The notes beneath the pieces were generated by a model that did not search any database, was not told the origin of the DNA, and worked only from the letters and a program-made list of their open reading frames with translations. From Clostridia bacterium (GTDB lineage: Bacteria; Bacillota; Clostridia; Oscillospirales; CAG-272), in assembly GCA_017623255.1 (NCBI GenBank), contig JAGAPL010000012.1, positions 1 to 51,173 on the forward strand: a DNA stretch of 51,173 bases, written 5' to 3'. Within the stretch, counting starts at the first letter, position 1. Each line of letters begins with the position of its first letter. The position numbers were made by a program, and so were the translations under genes. Positions 36,524 to 46,312 of the stretch are shown piece after piece.

Positions 36524-37078
36524 GTGACCTATGTGTATTGGGAAGAATTAGAGCAGCAATGCATCAACTGCCGCAAATGCGCTATCGGAAATAAGCGCAC
36601 CAACTGCGTTTTCGGTTGCGGAAACAAAAACGCCGATATTATGTTTATAGGCGAAGCGCCCGGACAATCCGAGGATGCCGAAGGAATACCTTTCGTGGGA
36701 CTGGCAGGAAAGCATCTTGACAAGTTTCTATGCGCCGTCGGCATTAACCGAGAAGACGTATACATAGCCAACATTCTGAAATGTCGACCCGACAACAACA
36801 GAGATCCCCTACCTGAAGAACAAGAAAACTGCATAAACTATCTCCGCGAGCAAGTCAAGCTTGTGCGCCCAAAACTGATAGTTTGCCTGGGAAGAATTTC
36901 CGCAATGAAGCTCATCAAGCCTGATTTCAAGATCACAAAAGAGCATGGAATATTCTTCAAAAAAGGGGCTTTTACCATAACTGCCGTCTATCACCCGGCC
37001 GCTTTATTAAGAGACCCTTCAAAAAACCAAGATATGTACACTGATATGAAAAAAATCGCTGAATTTATAAAAGCATAA
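36524..37078 (+). CDS. udg: Uracil-DNA glycosylase, family 4 (Fe-S)
   Basis: CxxC, GEAPG, PFVG, NILKCRP..NRDP, YHPAALLR. Confidence 0.93.
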   Translation: MTYVYWEELEQQCINCRKCAIGNKRTNCVFGCGNKNADIMFIGEAPGQSEDAEGIPFVGLAGKHLDKFLCAVGINREDVYIANILKCRPDNNRDPLPEEQENCINYLREQVKLVRPKLIVCLGRISAMKLIKPDFKITKEHGIFFKKGAFTITAVYHPAALLRDPSKNQDMYTDMKKIAEFIKA

Positions 37079-37109
37079 AAAAAGCTTGAGCTTTCGCTCA
37101 AGCCTTTTT
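37076..37109. terminator. Bidirectional rho-independent terminator
   Basis: AAAAAAAGCTTGAGC-TTTC-GCTCAAGCCTTTTT between convergent genes. Confidence 0.85.
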
Positions 37110-37126
37110 ATTATTAAGTTTTACAA

Positions 37127-39568
37127 TCAGAAGCTTCTCTTCTTCTTGGAAACAACTACTGCGCAACCAGCAAGCATTACTGCTGCGATTACTGCAACGT
37201 AGATTACGTTGTCACCAGTGGGAGCAGATGCCCATTCATAAGAGTCATCAACCTTAAGGCCACCACTCTCAACATTAGCAAGATCGTCCTTTGTTGCACC
37301 ATTCTTACCCTTGATAACAAGAGCAAAGAGGTCTGCACCTGTAGCAGCAGCCTTAACCTTAGCAATGTTTACGATTGTAAGTGTGTACTTACCATCTTCT
37401 GTCTTTTCAAGCTTATAGTCGCTTTCTTCAAGACCTTCAATGCCTACGATTTCGAACTTTTCAGGATCAAGTGTGAATGTGTAGGAAAGTTTTGTTGCAG
37501 TCTTATACTCAGCCTTTGCCTTAAAAGAAATTCTGAACATACCGTCATCAGATTCAACGATTTGATCCTTATCTACCTCAATATTGCTACCACCCTGCTC
37601 AATTACAGGATCATTGCTTACGTTACCGCCGTTGCCTGTGCCTGTTGCGTTATCAACGTTTGTAGAATCCTTATGAACATAGTCATAGAAGTTGTAGATC
37701 TTAACGTTGTCCATCTTCATCTGTGTGTTGATGAACCACCAGCACATAAGACAACCGTCTTCAAGGTTCTTTTCGTTAGAATAGAAGAAATATCTGTTGT
37801 TGATATTGAAGATTACTTCGTCATTGATGAGAAGACGAACTGTACATGTATCGTTATCATACTGGAACTTCCAGTTATACCACTGACCCTGCTGGAGATC
37901 ATATGTCTTGCTCTGTGCAATAACATCTGTGGGATCAGAGAAGGATCTAACAACGAACTTCTTATCTGCGAAGGAATATCCGCAGTAGTAGTCAGCAGAA
38001 GCACCGCCGAAGAGGTTACCAAGCTCAGAAACTCTTCCTTCCTGAACAACTTCGAGTCCTGTGTACATTACGTCGAACTCCATTGTGTAGGAGAGAGGAT
38101 ATGTCCAAGCTTCACCGTCGCCTGCGCCTGCAGAAGACTCGTGAATAATTGTTGTATCAATATAGAACTGGTCGATGGGGTCAACACCTGCTGTGTGAAC
38201 CTTACCGTCATCATCTGTGTGTGTTTCAACTACTCTGTCATATTCGAGAACGTTACCGTGGTCGCCTCCAACATCCTTGATAGAACCGTTGTAGAGATCT
38301 GCGGAACCCCAGTATCCCTGGTGAGTTGCATCGTCATATGTAAGAGTTGTAAGTGCGCTTGCATCCTTGATAGGATTAGCACGATCAAGGTCATTGCCAA
38401 GGTAGTCATAGTATACGTTGTCATAAACCTTGTTTGCAACGGAAGCATTGAGCTTGGAAGCGTCGTATGTAGCATACTGACCCTGCTGAACCTTATCAGC
38501 AACAAGTCTTACTTCGTTAGAACCTGCACATGTCTGAGGAGCGATCTCTGTCTGAACAGATGTGATACCGGAACCCCAGGAAATGAAGGAATTGTAAGCG
38601 TTGCCGCTCTTTGCTGCGTTAAGAATTGCGAGAGATACACCAAATGTCTGTCCAATACCACCCTTTTCGTTACCGGGGTTGTAGTTGGGTCTGCCGGGCT
38701 TACCGGTAGGACGGGAATACTCAGAATAATCAAGTGTGTAAGGTGCCTTTTCAGCATCTGTGAGAGTTGCGTAGTTGGGAACAAGATAGTTCTCATACAC
38801 ATACTTCCAAGGAATAGCAATTTCATATGTTGTGTAACCTGCAGCTGCATCCTCATGATATCCGAGAGGATTATCAGAGAGCTGTTCGGAAGGAGCTACA
38901 GCAACTTTTACTTCGCCAAATACAGGCTTGGAATATGCTGTGAGACCCTTATCGTTTGTGGATTCATAGCATTCTACGAAGCCACCTGCGATTTGAACAT
39001 AACCAACAAGGAAATCGGGAACCTTTGTTACATCGGACCAAGGTGTACCGATGTTAGGATCGTATGCTTCGCCGCCTGTTGCGCCGTTTGCACCTGCTGT
39101 GTCAACTCTGAACTGGAGAGTGTCACCGTTCCATGTTTCGCCCTTACCATGCTTAAGGGAGTGACCGTCACGGTCTCTTACGAGAGCAGCTACATAGAAG
39201 TAGTTTTCGTCCCAACGGAACCATACCATTGCTTCCATAGGGAAAAGAGAACCAGCATCATCTGCACCCTTCCAATAGAAGAAAGAGTTATAGTAAGAAG
39301 CGCCTTCACTCTTAGTACCAAGGTCTTCACTATACATCTCTATTGAGCACTTACCCCATTCAGCCTCAGTTACATAACCGTCGATTGAAGGAGCATTTTC
39401 AAAATAAAGAGCGTCAACATAGTCAATTCCGGAGCCGTCTTCAGCGCCGTGCCATGTGGAATTACCTGTGCCGGCCCAAGTTGCATTTGCACTTGCTGTG
39501 ATTGTCATAGCGGAGAGAGCTGTGAGAACCATAGCAACAGCCATAATGAGAGAAATAATCTTTCTCAT
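37127..39568 (-). CDS. Cell-wall-anchored protein: CBM9/DOMON-like domain, LamG-like domain, putative cohesin-like domain, sortase-like PTGD anchor
   Basis: Start ATG 39568 with GGAGG RBS. APSIDGYVTEAEW, WDENYFYVAALVRD, WNGDTLQF and YEIAIPW are CBM9-like. Ends with APTGD + TM + KKKR. Confidence 0.8.
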   Translation of the reverse strand: MRKIISLIMAVAMVLTALSAMTITASANATWAGTGNSTWHGAEDGSGIDYVDALYFENAPSIDGYVTEAEWGKCSIEMYSEDLGTKSEGASYYNSFFYWKGADDAGSLFPMEAMVWFRWDENYFYVAALVRDRDGHSLKHGKGETWNGDTLQFRVDTAGANGATGGEAYDPNIGTPWSDVTKVPDFLVGYVQIAGGFVECYESTNDKGLTAYSKPVFGEVKVAVAPSEQLSDNPLGYHEDAAAGYTTYEIAIPWKYVYENYLVPNYATLTDAEKAPYTLDYSEYSRPTGKPGRPNYNPGNEKGGIGQTFGVSLAILNAAKSGNAYNSFISWGSGITSVQTEIAPQTCAGSNEVRLVADKVQQGQYATYDASKLNASVANKVYDNVYYDYLGNDLDRANPIKDASALTTLTYDDATHQGYWGSADLYNGSIKDVGGDHGNVLEYDRVVETHTDDDGKVHTAGVDPIDQFYIDTTIIHESSAGAGDGEAWTYPLSYTMEFDVMYTGLEVVQEGRVSELGNLFGGASADYYCGYSFADKKFVVRSFSDPTDVIAQSKTYDLQQGQWYNWKFQYDNDTCTVRLLINDEVIFNINNRYFFYSNEKNLEDGCLMCWWFINTQMKMDNVKIYNFYDYVHKDSTNVDNATGTGNGGNVSNDPVIEQGGSNIEVDKDQIVESDDGMFRISFKAKAEYKTATKLSYTFTLDPEKFEIVGIEGLEESDYKLEKTEDGKYTLTIVNIAKVKAAATGADLFALVIKGKNGATKDDLANVESGGLKVDDSYEWASAPTGDNVIYVAVIAAVMLAGCAVVVSKKKRSF

Positions 39569-39638
39569 TGCGTCAAAACCTCCATAATTTTTTAATTTAG
39601 TACTACATTTAGACATAGTACTATTAGTTTACAAAGTA

Positions 39639-39667
39639 ATTATATCTGCAAGTTTGTGGTTTGTCAA
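39639..39667 (-). promoter_or_regulatory. Consensus sigma-A promoter
   Basis: TTGACA-17 bp-TATAAT. Confidence 0.75.
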
Positions 39668-39694
39668 GTGTATTTATACAAACTTAGAAAAATT

Positions 39695-40144
39695 TCACTC
39701 TTCATCAACAGGACCTACGAGAGGTGTGCCGCAAGCAGGGCATACGATCTTCTCAGGATCCATCTCTTCATCAAAGCAAATAGTGTCACCGCAATTGGAG
39801 CAGAGAGCGCAGCGCATATTATCGCAATCTTCTTCGTAATCGCAGCCGCCGCAGCCTTCACAATCGCCGTCACAATCAAAAAGATCGTCATCTTCGTCGC
39901 AATCTCAATCACAATCATCCTCAAGATCATAAACGAATTCTTCAACCTCGCCCAGATCTTCATCAAGTTCCTCAGCGTAGTCCTGAAGCTGATCTACCGC
40001 CTCATCAAGCTCTTCAATTTCTTCTGCCATTTCTTCACAAAGCTTGATAAGTTCAGAAATAAGCTTGCCTTCAGCTTTTTCTGTATCAAGGTTCATTCCT
40101 TCTGCAAGACCGCGCAGATAAGCGCATTTTTCATTAAGTTTCAT
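39695..40144 (-). CDS. CD1247-family protein with C-terminal Zn ribbon, interrupted by an in-frame TGA at 39905-39907 (readthrough, nonsense allele or sequencing error)
   Basis: MKLNEKCAYLRGLAEG...EDDCD*DCDEDD...CALCSNCGDTICFD...VCPACG*. The frame continues 69 codons past the TGA. Position downstream of efp is typical for this family. Confidence 0.75.
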
Positions 40145-40219
40145 TGTTTTTCCCTTTCTTCTTATAAAACCAAGATGGCTGCCACACAATTGCAGCAGCC
40201 GTCTTTTATTGTAACAAAA

Positions 40220-40777
40220 TTATGCTCTTTCGAGATATTCGCCTGTTCTTGTGTCAACACGAACTCTTTCACCCTGGTTGATGAAGAGAGGAACACGGAT
40301 AACCGCACCTGTCTCAAGAGTTGCGTTCTTTGTTGTACCTGTAGCTGTGTCGCCCTTAACACCGGGTTCAGCATCAATGATATCAAGCTCAACGAACATG
40401 GGAGGCTCAACGGAGAATACGTTGCCCTTATAGGACTTGATTGTGCAGATCATTTCTTCCTTAACGAACTTGAAGTTATCAGAAAGCTTGTCCTCATTGA
40501 GAGGGATCTGCTCAAAGGATTCCATATCCATGAAGTAGTAGAGCTCGCCATCGCTGTAAAGATACTGCATATCCTTACGGTCGATCCTTGCGTCCTCATA
40601 CTTATCTGTGGGGGAGAATGTTTTTTCAATTACAGAACCTGTAATAACGTTTCTCAGCTTTGTACGAACGAAAGCTGCACCCTTACCGGGCTTTACATGC
40701 TGGAATTCGATAACCTGCATTACCTGACCGTCCATGTCAAATGTAATACCGTTTTTGAAATCGCCTGCTACTACCAT
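40220..40777 (-). CDS. efp: Elongation factor P
   Basis: [35 protein letters not shown]; 185 aa from ATG 40777. Confidence 0.97.
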   Translation of the reverse strand: MVVAGDFKNGITFDMDGQVMQVIEFQHVKPGKGAAFVRTKLRNVITGSVIEKTFSPTDKYEDARIDRKDMQYLYSDGELYYFMDMESFEQIPLNEDKLSDNFKFVKEEMICTIKSYKGNVFSVEPPMFVELDIIDAEPGVKGDTATGTTKNATLETGAVIRVPLFINQGERVRVDTRTGEYLERA

Positions 40778-40841
40778 AATAATATCACTTATCTCCAAAA
40801 AATTCGGAGATAGCTCCTTTCAATATAAATTACTAAGCTGT

Positions 40842-40870
40842 ATTGTACTATAATTCCCTGACTTTTTCAA
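40842..40870 (-). promoter_or_regulatory. Sigma-A promoter for efp
   Basis: TTGAAA-17 bp-TACAAT. Confidence 0.6.
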
Positions 40871-40905
40871 GGGGGATTGCACATTTTTTTAAAAAAGTGC
40901 AAAAT

Positions 40906-41970
40906 TTAAATCTCTATAAGATCTTTTTCCATATTTGTAAGGTTTTCGGCACCATTTTCTGTTATATAGACCATATCTTCGATTCGGCATCCGTACTTGC
41001 CAAACAGATAAATACCGGGTTCAACTGTTACTATATCTCCGGGCATCAGCACCTTATCTCCCGAAGAAGGACTCAGACCGGGCGTTTCATGCACCTCAAG
41101 ACCAACGCCATGACCAAGAGAATGGCCGAAAGCACCTTTATACCCAGCGCCTTCAATAATATCGCGGGCTATCTTATCCATTTTGAAGCACGACTCGCCG
41201 GGGCCTACAGCATCCAGCGCTGCAAGCTGAGCGCTAAGCACCGTATTATAAAGATGTTTCATGGCATCATCAGCTTTCCCGACACACACCGTTCTCGTCA
41301 TATCAGAGCGATATCCCTTATAAACCGCGCCAAAATCAAAGGTGAGAAAACCTTTTTCTATTTTCACATTACGGGGCACTCCGTGAGGAGATGATGAATT
41401 ACCTCCCGAAACTGCAATGGTGTCAAAAGCAACACCCTCGCTGCCGTTTTTTCTCATTATGTACTCAAGCTCTGCTGCCAGATCTGTTTCCGTTCTGTCA
41501 TATGTGATCTTAGGGAGCAGCTCTCTGAACGAAACCTCCGCAATGCGCTGCGCTTTTATAATATTGTCCGCTTCTTCTCTTGTTTTTGTTCTGCGCATAA
41601 ATTCAAACACATCACCCGCAGGAACAAATTCAACATCAGGAAGAGATTTTTTGAGTCCGTCAAGAATTCTGCAGGTTACAAAATTATCTTCATATCCAAC
41701 TCTTTTATATACGCCCGATATGCAAGCCTTTACATTGCAGTTGCGATCGAGCATCATAACCTCAAAATCTTCACGGTCTATTTCGTTTTTCGCAGCTTCG
41801 TAATAACGGAAATCTTCAAGGGCAACTGCAGAATACTGACCTATAACAAGAGCTCCGTCAGGATTATCAAAACCGCACATATAGCGATGATTCACACTTC
41901 CTGTTATCCAGATGGCATCAAGCTCCCTCTCCGCCATTATTTTTCTTAAATTTTCAAGTCTGATGCTCAT
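40906..41970 (-). CDS. Xaa-Pro aminopeptidase (M24B)
   Basis: DFGA..GYRSDMTRT, HSLGHGVGLEVHE, TVEPGIY, RIED. Confidence 0.95.
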   Translation of the reverse strand: MSIRLENLRKIMAERELDAIWITGSVNHRYMCGFDNPDGALVIGQYSAVALEDFRYYEAAKNEIDREDFEVMMLDRNCNVKACISGVYKRVGYEDNFVTCRILDGLKKSLPDVEFVPAGDVFEFMRRTKTREEADNIIKAQRIAEVSFRELLPKITYDRTETDLAAELEYIMRKNGSEGVAFDTIAVSGGNSSSPHGVPRNVKIEKGFLTFDFGAVYKGYRSDMTRTVCVGKADDAMKHLYNTVLSAQLAALDAVGPGESCFKMDKIARDIIEGAGYKGAFGHSLGHGVGLEVHETPGLSPSSGDKVLMPGDIVTVEPGIYLFGKYGCRIEDMVYITENGAENLTNMEKDLIEI

Positions 41971-42479
41971 TTTGAATTCAACCTCTTAAACTTAGCCACA
42001 TAAGGCTTTTCTATCAAACGTTTGGTTTTAAAAAACAAGGTGGTCTTATCCTTTATAGGCGGAACTATTATTGCTTTTATCCCAAATCTTTTTGCAGCAG
42101 CGCAATCCGTCAGGAGCTGATCTCCAAGAAGCACAGCTTCATTTTTGTCTATTCCTAGATCACGACATGCCGCCGCAAGATTTTTAACAAACGGCTTTCC
42201 CGACTTCGCATATGCTACAAAGCCAAGATTTTTATTGAACAGTTCAACCCTTTCCCAATCATTATTGGAAACAAATGAAATCGCTATTCCCGCGCTGTTC
42301 ATATTCTTGATCCATTTCAGCACTTCTTCAGTGGGTTCAGGATCGTCATATGTAACAAGAGTGTTATCTATATCACAAATAAGCGCCTTGCCTCCAAAAG
42401 ATTTGACCATCTCAGGAGTTACTTCATAAAAATGCTCGGGCATCACATCCGGCATCAACCATTTTTCAAGTATCACCAC
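41967..42479 (-). CDS. yqeG: YqeG-family HAD IIIA phosphatase
   Basis: DIDNTLV, VSNN, KP, GDQLLTD. Confidence 0.9.
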   Translation of the reverse strand: MVILEKWLMPDVMPEHFYEVTPEMVKSFGGKALICDIDNTLVTYDDPEPTEEVLKWIKNMNSAGIAISFVSNNDWERVELFNKNLGFVAYAKSGKPFVKNLAAACRDLGIDKNEAVLLGDQLLTDCAAAKRFGIKAIIVPPIKDKTTLFFKTKRLIEKPYVAKFKRLNSK

Positions 42480-42508
42480 ATACTCCTTGACTTTTTATTT
42501 CTTGCATC

Positions 42509-42537
42509 AGTATATCACACAGAACCATATTTTTCAA
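42509..42537 (-). promoter_or_regulatory. Sigma-A promoter for the yqeG/peptidase operon
   Basis: TTGAAA-17 bp-TATACT with extended -10 TG. Confidence 0.6.
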
Positions 42538-42552
42538 GACTTATCATTTCAA

Positions 42553-42581
42553 TTGACAAAACAGAAAATAATATATATAAT
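42553..42581 (+). promoter_or_regulatory. Consensus sigma-A promoter for rsmE
   Basis: TTGACA-17 bp-TATAAT. Confidence 0.75.
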
Positions 42582-42628
42582 TATATAGTTATATTGAAAG
42601 AAATTATCCAAGCGGAGGACTTTTTACC

Positions 42629-43375
42629 TTGCCCAGATTTTTTATTCCCAATTCCGCCGTGGGTGTGCGCGACGACGGAACAAAAACTGTTATGATTTGC
42701 GGCGAAGACGCCATGCACATTACAAAAAGCCTTAGGATGAAGCCCGGCGAAAAGCTGGATGTATGCGACATGGGGAGACGTGAATACTCATGTGTCATAA
42801 CCGAAATCGGCGAAGAGGTTTTTGCAGATGTTTTAAACGAAAAGAACTCCGACACAGAACCTCCGTATACGGCAGTTCTGTATCAGGCCCTTGTCAAAGG
42901 AGATAAGTTTGACACCGTTGTTCAAAAAGCTGTAGAATGCGGCGTTACAAAGATAGTTCCTTTTATAAGCGACAGATGTGTTGTGCGCCTCGACAAAAAA
43001 GGCGCCGCAAAAAAATCAGAGAGATGGCAGAGAATAGCGCTTGAAGCTGCAAAACAGTGCGGCAGAAGCATCATCCCCGAAATATGCCCTCTTATGACCT
43101 ACAAAGAAGCTATAGAAGCCGCATCAAAAGCAACCATCCCTCTATTCTGCTATGAAGCAGAAAAAGGAACTACTCTTCCCCAAGCCTTAAAAAATGCGCC
43201 GGAAGATTCCGAAATTTCTATTGTGATCGGCAGCGAAGGCGGTTTTTCCGTCAGCGAGGCAGAATACGCCGCAAATAATGGTATGAAATGCGTTGGCCTT
43301 GGCAAAAGAATACTCCGAACGGAAACTGCTTCTTCTTTTGTTCTTGCCTGCCTATGCTATGAACTTGAACTGTAA
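42629..43375 (+). CDS. rsmE: 16S rRNA m3U1498 methyltransferase
   Basis: QKAVECGV, EAAKQCGR, IGSEGGFS, LGKRILRTETA. Confidence 0.96.
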   Translation: MPRFFIPNSAVGVRDDGTKTVMICGEDAMHITKSLRMKPGEKLDVCDMGRREYSCVITEIGEEVFADVLNEKNSDTEPPYTAVLYQALVKGDKFDTVVQKAVECGVTKIVPFISDRCVVRLDKKGAAKKSERWQRIALEAAKQCGRSIIPEICPLMTYKEAIEAASKATIPLFCYEAEKGTTLPQALKNAPEDSEISIVIGSEGGFSVSEAEYAANNGMKCVGLGKRILRTETASSFVLACLCYELEL

Positions 43376-43463
43376 AAACTTACTGTTATAACGCCATATG
43401 GGCATAAATAATGATATTTCACAAAAAAAATATTGGAAATTAGGAAAAAATGTTAAAAGCCTA

Positions 43464-43492
43464 TTGAAATTTAACAAAATATGTTGTAGAAT
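43464..43492 (+). promoter_or_regulatory. Sigma-A promoter upstream of the CdaR-type gene
   Basis: TTGAAA-17 bp-TAGAAT. Confidence 0.55.
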
Positions 43493-43549
43493 ATAGTACA
43501 GGTTACACAATGATATAAAAATATGTCTATAAATATTAAGGAGGCACCT

Positions 43550-44635
43550 ATGTCTAACCGTTTGTTCCAGGGAATAATCCATCAGATGTCCGAAGCAGCT
43601 GACCGCACTATCGGCGTTATTGATGAAAACGGTGTTATCATCGCCTGCAGCGAGCTTGTTAAAATAGGCGAAACACGCCAGGAAGCTAAAGACGAGCTTA
43701 TCTATACAGCTGAGGCTGTTGCAATCGGCGGCTACACCTACCGTCCCATCAACTCCGGCACTAAGTGGGAATACATCGTATTCGTAGAAGGCGAAGACAA
43801 GATGGCAGACAAGCTGGCATCTATTCTCTCCATTTCTCTTGCCAACATCAAGAACCTCTATGACGAAAAGTATGACCGCAATTCTTTCATCAAGAATATC
43901 ATCCTCGACAATATCCTCCCCAGCGACATCTACATAAAGAGCAAAGAGCTCCGTTTCAACACAGAAGAAACCAGAGTTATCTTCCTCATTAAGTTCCTCA
44001 CAAAAACAGAAGTTCTTCCCTACGACGCTGTTCAGAACATTTTCCCCGACAAAACAAAGGATTATGTTATAAGCGTTGGCGAAACTGACGTTGTTCTCGT
44101 TAAGGAACTTAAGCCCGGCACAGATGTTAAGAAAATCGAAAAGTTGGCTAAATCCATCGCTGACACACTCAATTCTGAGTTCTATGCAAAGACAGTTATC
44201 GGTATCGGTACCGCTGTTGAAAACATCAAGGACCTTGCTCGCTCCTATAAGGAAGCTCAGGTTGCCCTTGAAGTTGGTAAGGTTTTCGACACAGAAAAGA
44301 ATATTATTTCTTACGAAAATCTCGGAATCGGCAGACTTATCTATCAGCTTCCCACAACACTTTGCGAGATGTTCCTTCAGGAAGTTTTCAAAAACGGTTC
44401 TCTCGATAATCTTGACCGTGAAACTCTCCTTACTATCCAGAGCTTCTTTGAAAACAATCTCAACGTTTCCGAAACATCCAGAAAGCTCTTCGTTCACAGA
44501 AACACACTTGTTTACAGACTTGAAAAGATCCGTAAAATCACCGGTCTTGATCTGAGAGAGTTTGACCACGCAATCACATTCAAGGTTGCACTTATGGTTA
44601 AACGTTACCTCACTACAAAGCCTGCAAAGTTCTGA
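43550..44635 (+). CDS. CdaR/PucR family transcriptional regulator
   Basis: Start ATG 43550 after AAGGAGG; C-terminal HTH NLNVSETSRKLFVHRNTLVYRLEKI. Confidence 0.92.
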   Translation: MSNRLFQGIIHQMSEAADRTIGVIDENGVIIACSELVKIGETRQEAKDELIYTAEAVAIGGYTYRPINSGTKWEYIVFVEGEDKMADKLASILSISLANIKNLYDEKYDRNSFIKNIILDNILPSDIYIKSKELRFNTEETRVIFLIKFLTKTEVLPYDAVQNIFPDKTKDYVISVGETDVVLVKELKPGTDVKKIEKLAKSIADTLNSEFYAKTVIGIGTAVENIKDLARSYKEAQVALEVGKVFDTEKNIISYENLGIGRLIYQLPTTLCEMFLQEVFKNGSLDNLDRETLLTIQSFFENNLNVSETSRKLFVHRNTLVYRLEKIRKITGLDLREFDHAITFKVALMVKRYLTTKPAKF

Positions 44636-44640
44636 TGCTT

Positions 44641-44674
44641 TGGGGTTGCTGTTTTGCGCAGCTGCCCCATTTTC
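44641..44674 (+). terminator. Possible terminator/stem-loop
   Basis: TGGGGTTGCTG...CAGCTGCCCCA followed by TTTTC. Confidence 0.5.
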
Positions 44675-44718
44675 ATCGTTTAGGACCCTAAAGGCAAAAT
44701 TACGAAAGGTTTAGTTTT

Positions 44719-45396
44719 ATGATAGACTTCAAGAACGTAAAAAAACACTATTCAAACGGAACCATCGCTCTTGACGGAGTTGATCTCCATATAGACGACG
44801 GCGAGTTCGTTTTCATCGTTGGCCATTCAGGCGCCGGTAAAACCACAATGATGAAGCTGCTCCTCCGTGAAGAGGCTGCAACATCCGGCACAATAACTGT
44901 CGGGGATTACGAATTGACGGGCATCAAAAACAACCAGATCCCTTATTACAGACGAAACCTTGGCGTTGTTTTCCAGGATTTCCGCCTCTTCCCCAACAAA
45001 ACAGTTTATGAAAACGTTGCTTTCGCAATGCAGGTTGTAGGTACTCCACGAGCTATGATCAAGCGCAGAGTTCCTGCTATCCTCACAACTGTTAACCTTG
45101 CAGATAAGCTTCAATGCTTCCCTCGTGAGCTTTCAGGCGGTGAACAGCAAAGAGTTGCCCTTGCAAGAGCACTTGCAAACAACCCTAAGATGATCATCGC
45201 AGACGAGCCTACAGGTAATATCGACCCCAAAATGAGTATTGAAATAATGAACCTGCTGATGAAGATCAACAAATTGGGCAAAACCGTTATCGTCGTTACA
45301 CACGAAAAGAACCTTGTTGACTATTACAAGCAGCGCGTTGTTGTGCTCAATGACGGAAAGATCGTTGAAGACAGAATAGGAGGTATGTTCCAGTGA
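44719..45396 (+). CDS. ftsE: Cell division ATP-binding protein FtsE
   Basis: GHSGAGKT, VVFQDFRL, LSGGEQQRV, ADEPTGN; adjacent to ftsX. Confidence 0.95.
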   Translation: MIDFKNVKKHYSNGTIALDGVDLHIDDGEFVFIVGHSGAGKTTMMKLLLREEAATSGTITVGDYELTGIKNNQIPYYRRNLGVVFQDFRLFPNKTVYENVAFAMQVVGTPRAMIKRRVPAILTTVNLADKLQCFPRELSGGEQQRVALARALANNPKMIIADEPTGNIDPKMSIEIMNLLMKINKLGKTVIVVTHEKNLVDYYKQRVVVLNDGKIVEDRIGGMFQ

Positions 45397-46292
45397 AAAG
45401 ACGATACAGTATCAGATTTTTCCTCGAACAGGCCTTCAAAGGTCTGACTCGTAACAGCGTTATGAGCGTGGCCTCAATCGCCGTGCTTATGAGCTGCCTT
45501 ATAGTGCTCGGAAGCTTCTCTCTCCTCATAATGAACATCAACGTAAACCTTGACAAGATAGCTGAGCTCAATGAGATCATGGTTTACTGTGAATACGATC
45601 TCACAGAAGAACAGATCGTCGAAGTTGAAAACAATATCAAAGGCCTTGATAACGTAGGCACGGTTACAAGAATCACAAAGGACGAGTCGCTCCAGACAAT
45701 GAAAGAAGAAAGCGGCGAATATGCAGATCTTTACAGTGATATCACCGCTGAAAACAATCCCCTTTGCGATTCATTTGAAATAGTTTATAAGGACCTTGAC
45801 GAAACTGCCGTTTTCAATCTAGAAGCTGAACTGCGCAACATCACAGGCGTTCGCAAGATCAACTCTGTTTATAAGGTTGCAAAAACTATCGACAGCCTTA
45901 AAAGCGGTATTATGCTTGTTTTCATATGGTTCCTTGTAATTCTTTTCGTTGTCAGCATTTTTGTTATCATAAATACTATCAAGCTTGCCGTTTACTCAAG
46001 AAAGAATGAGATCACGGTTATGCGATATGTCGGTGCAACAAACGGCTTTATAACATATCCCTTCATTTTCGAAGGTGTTATTATAGGCGGAGCTGCAAGT
46101 GCATTGGCATTTGCCATCCAATCATACATCTATGTATATATAGAAAAAATGGCAGCTACCGACATGCAGATGATTACTGTTCTTACTTACAAAGAAATAT
46201 GGCCCCTTCTTGTTGCCGGATTCCTTATCATCGGTATATTGACAGGCGTTATAGGAAGTGTTGCTTCTCTTCGTAAGTATCTTAAGTCTTAA
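45393..46292 (+). CDS. ftsX: Cell division permease FtsX
   Basis: 4 TM segments; INTIKLAVYSRKNEITVMRYVGAT..FI..PF. Confidence 0.95.
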   Translation: MKRRYSIRFFLEQAFKGLTRNSVMSVASIAVLMSCLIVLGSFSLLIMNINVNLDKIAELNEIMVYCEYDLTEEQIVEVENNIKGLDNVGTVTRITKDESLQTMKEESGEYADLYSDITAENNPLCDSFEIVYKDLDETAVFNLEAELRNITGVRKINSVYKVAKTIDSLKSGIMLVFIWFLVILFVVSIFVIINTIKLAVYSRKNEITVMRYVGATNGFITYPFIFEGVIIGGAASALAFAIQSYIYVYIEKMAATDMQMITVLTYKEIWPLLVAGFLIIGILTGVIGSVASLRKYLKS

Positions 46293-46312
46293 CCGGAAAG
46301 GTCAGGTCTTAA

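Noticed and set aside
39695-40144. Genome-wide TGA recoding (genetic code 4/25)
   Set aside because: Conserved genes such as ftsE, the CdaR regulator and the M23 peptidase end in TGA at their expected lengths, and no other internal TGA was noticed.
37562-40813. 594-aa and 385-aa plus-strand ORFs
   Set aside because: Shadows of the CBM9-like gene, the CD1247-family gene and efp, produced by codon bias.
43352-44569. 405-aa minus-strand ORF
   Set aside because: Antisense to the well-supported CdaR-family gene.
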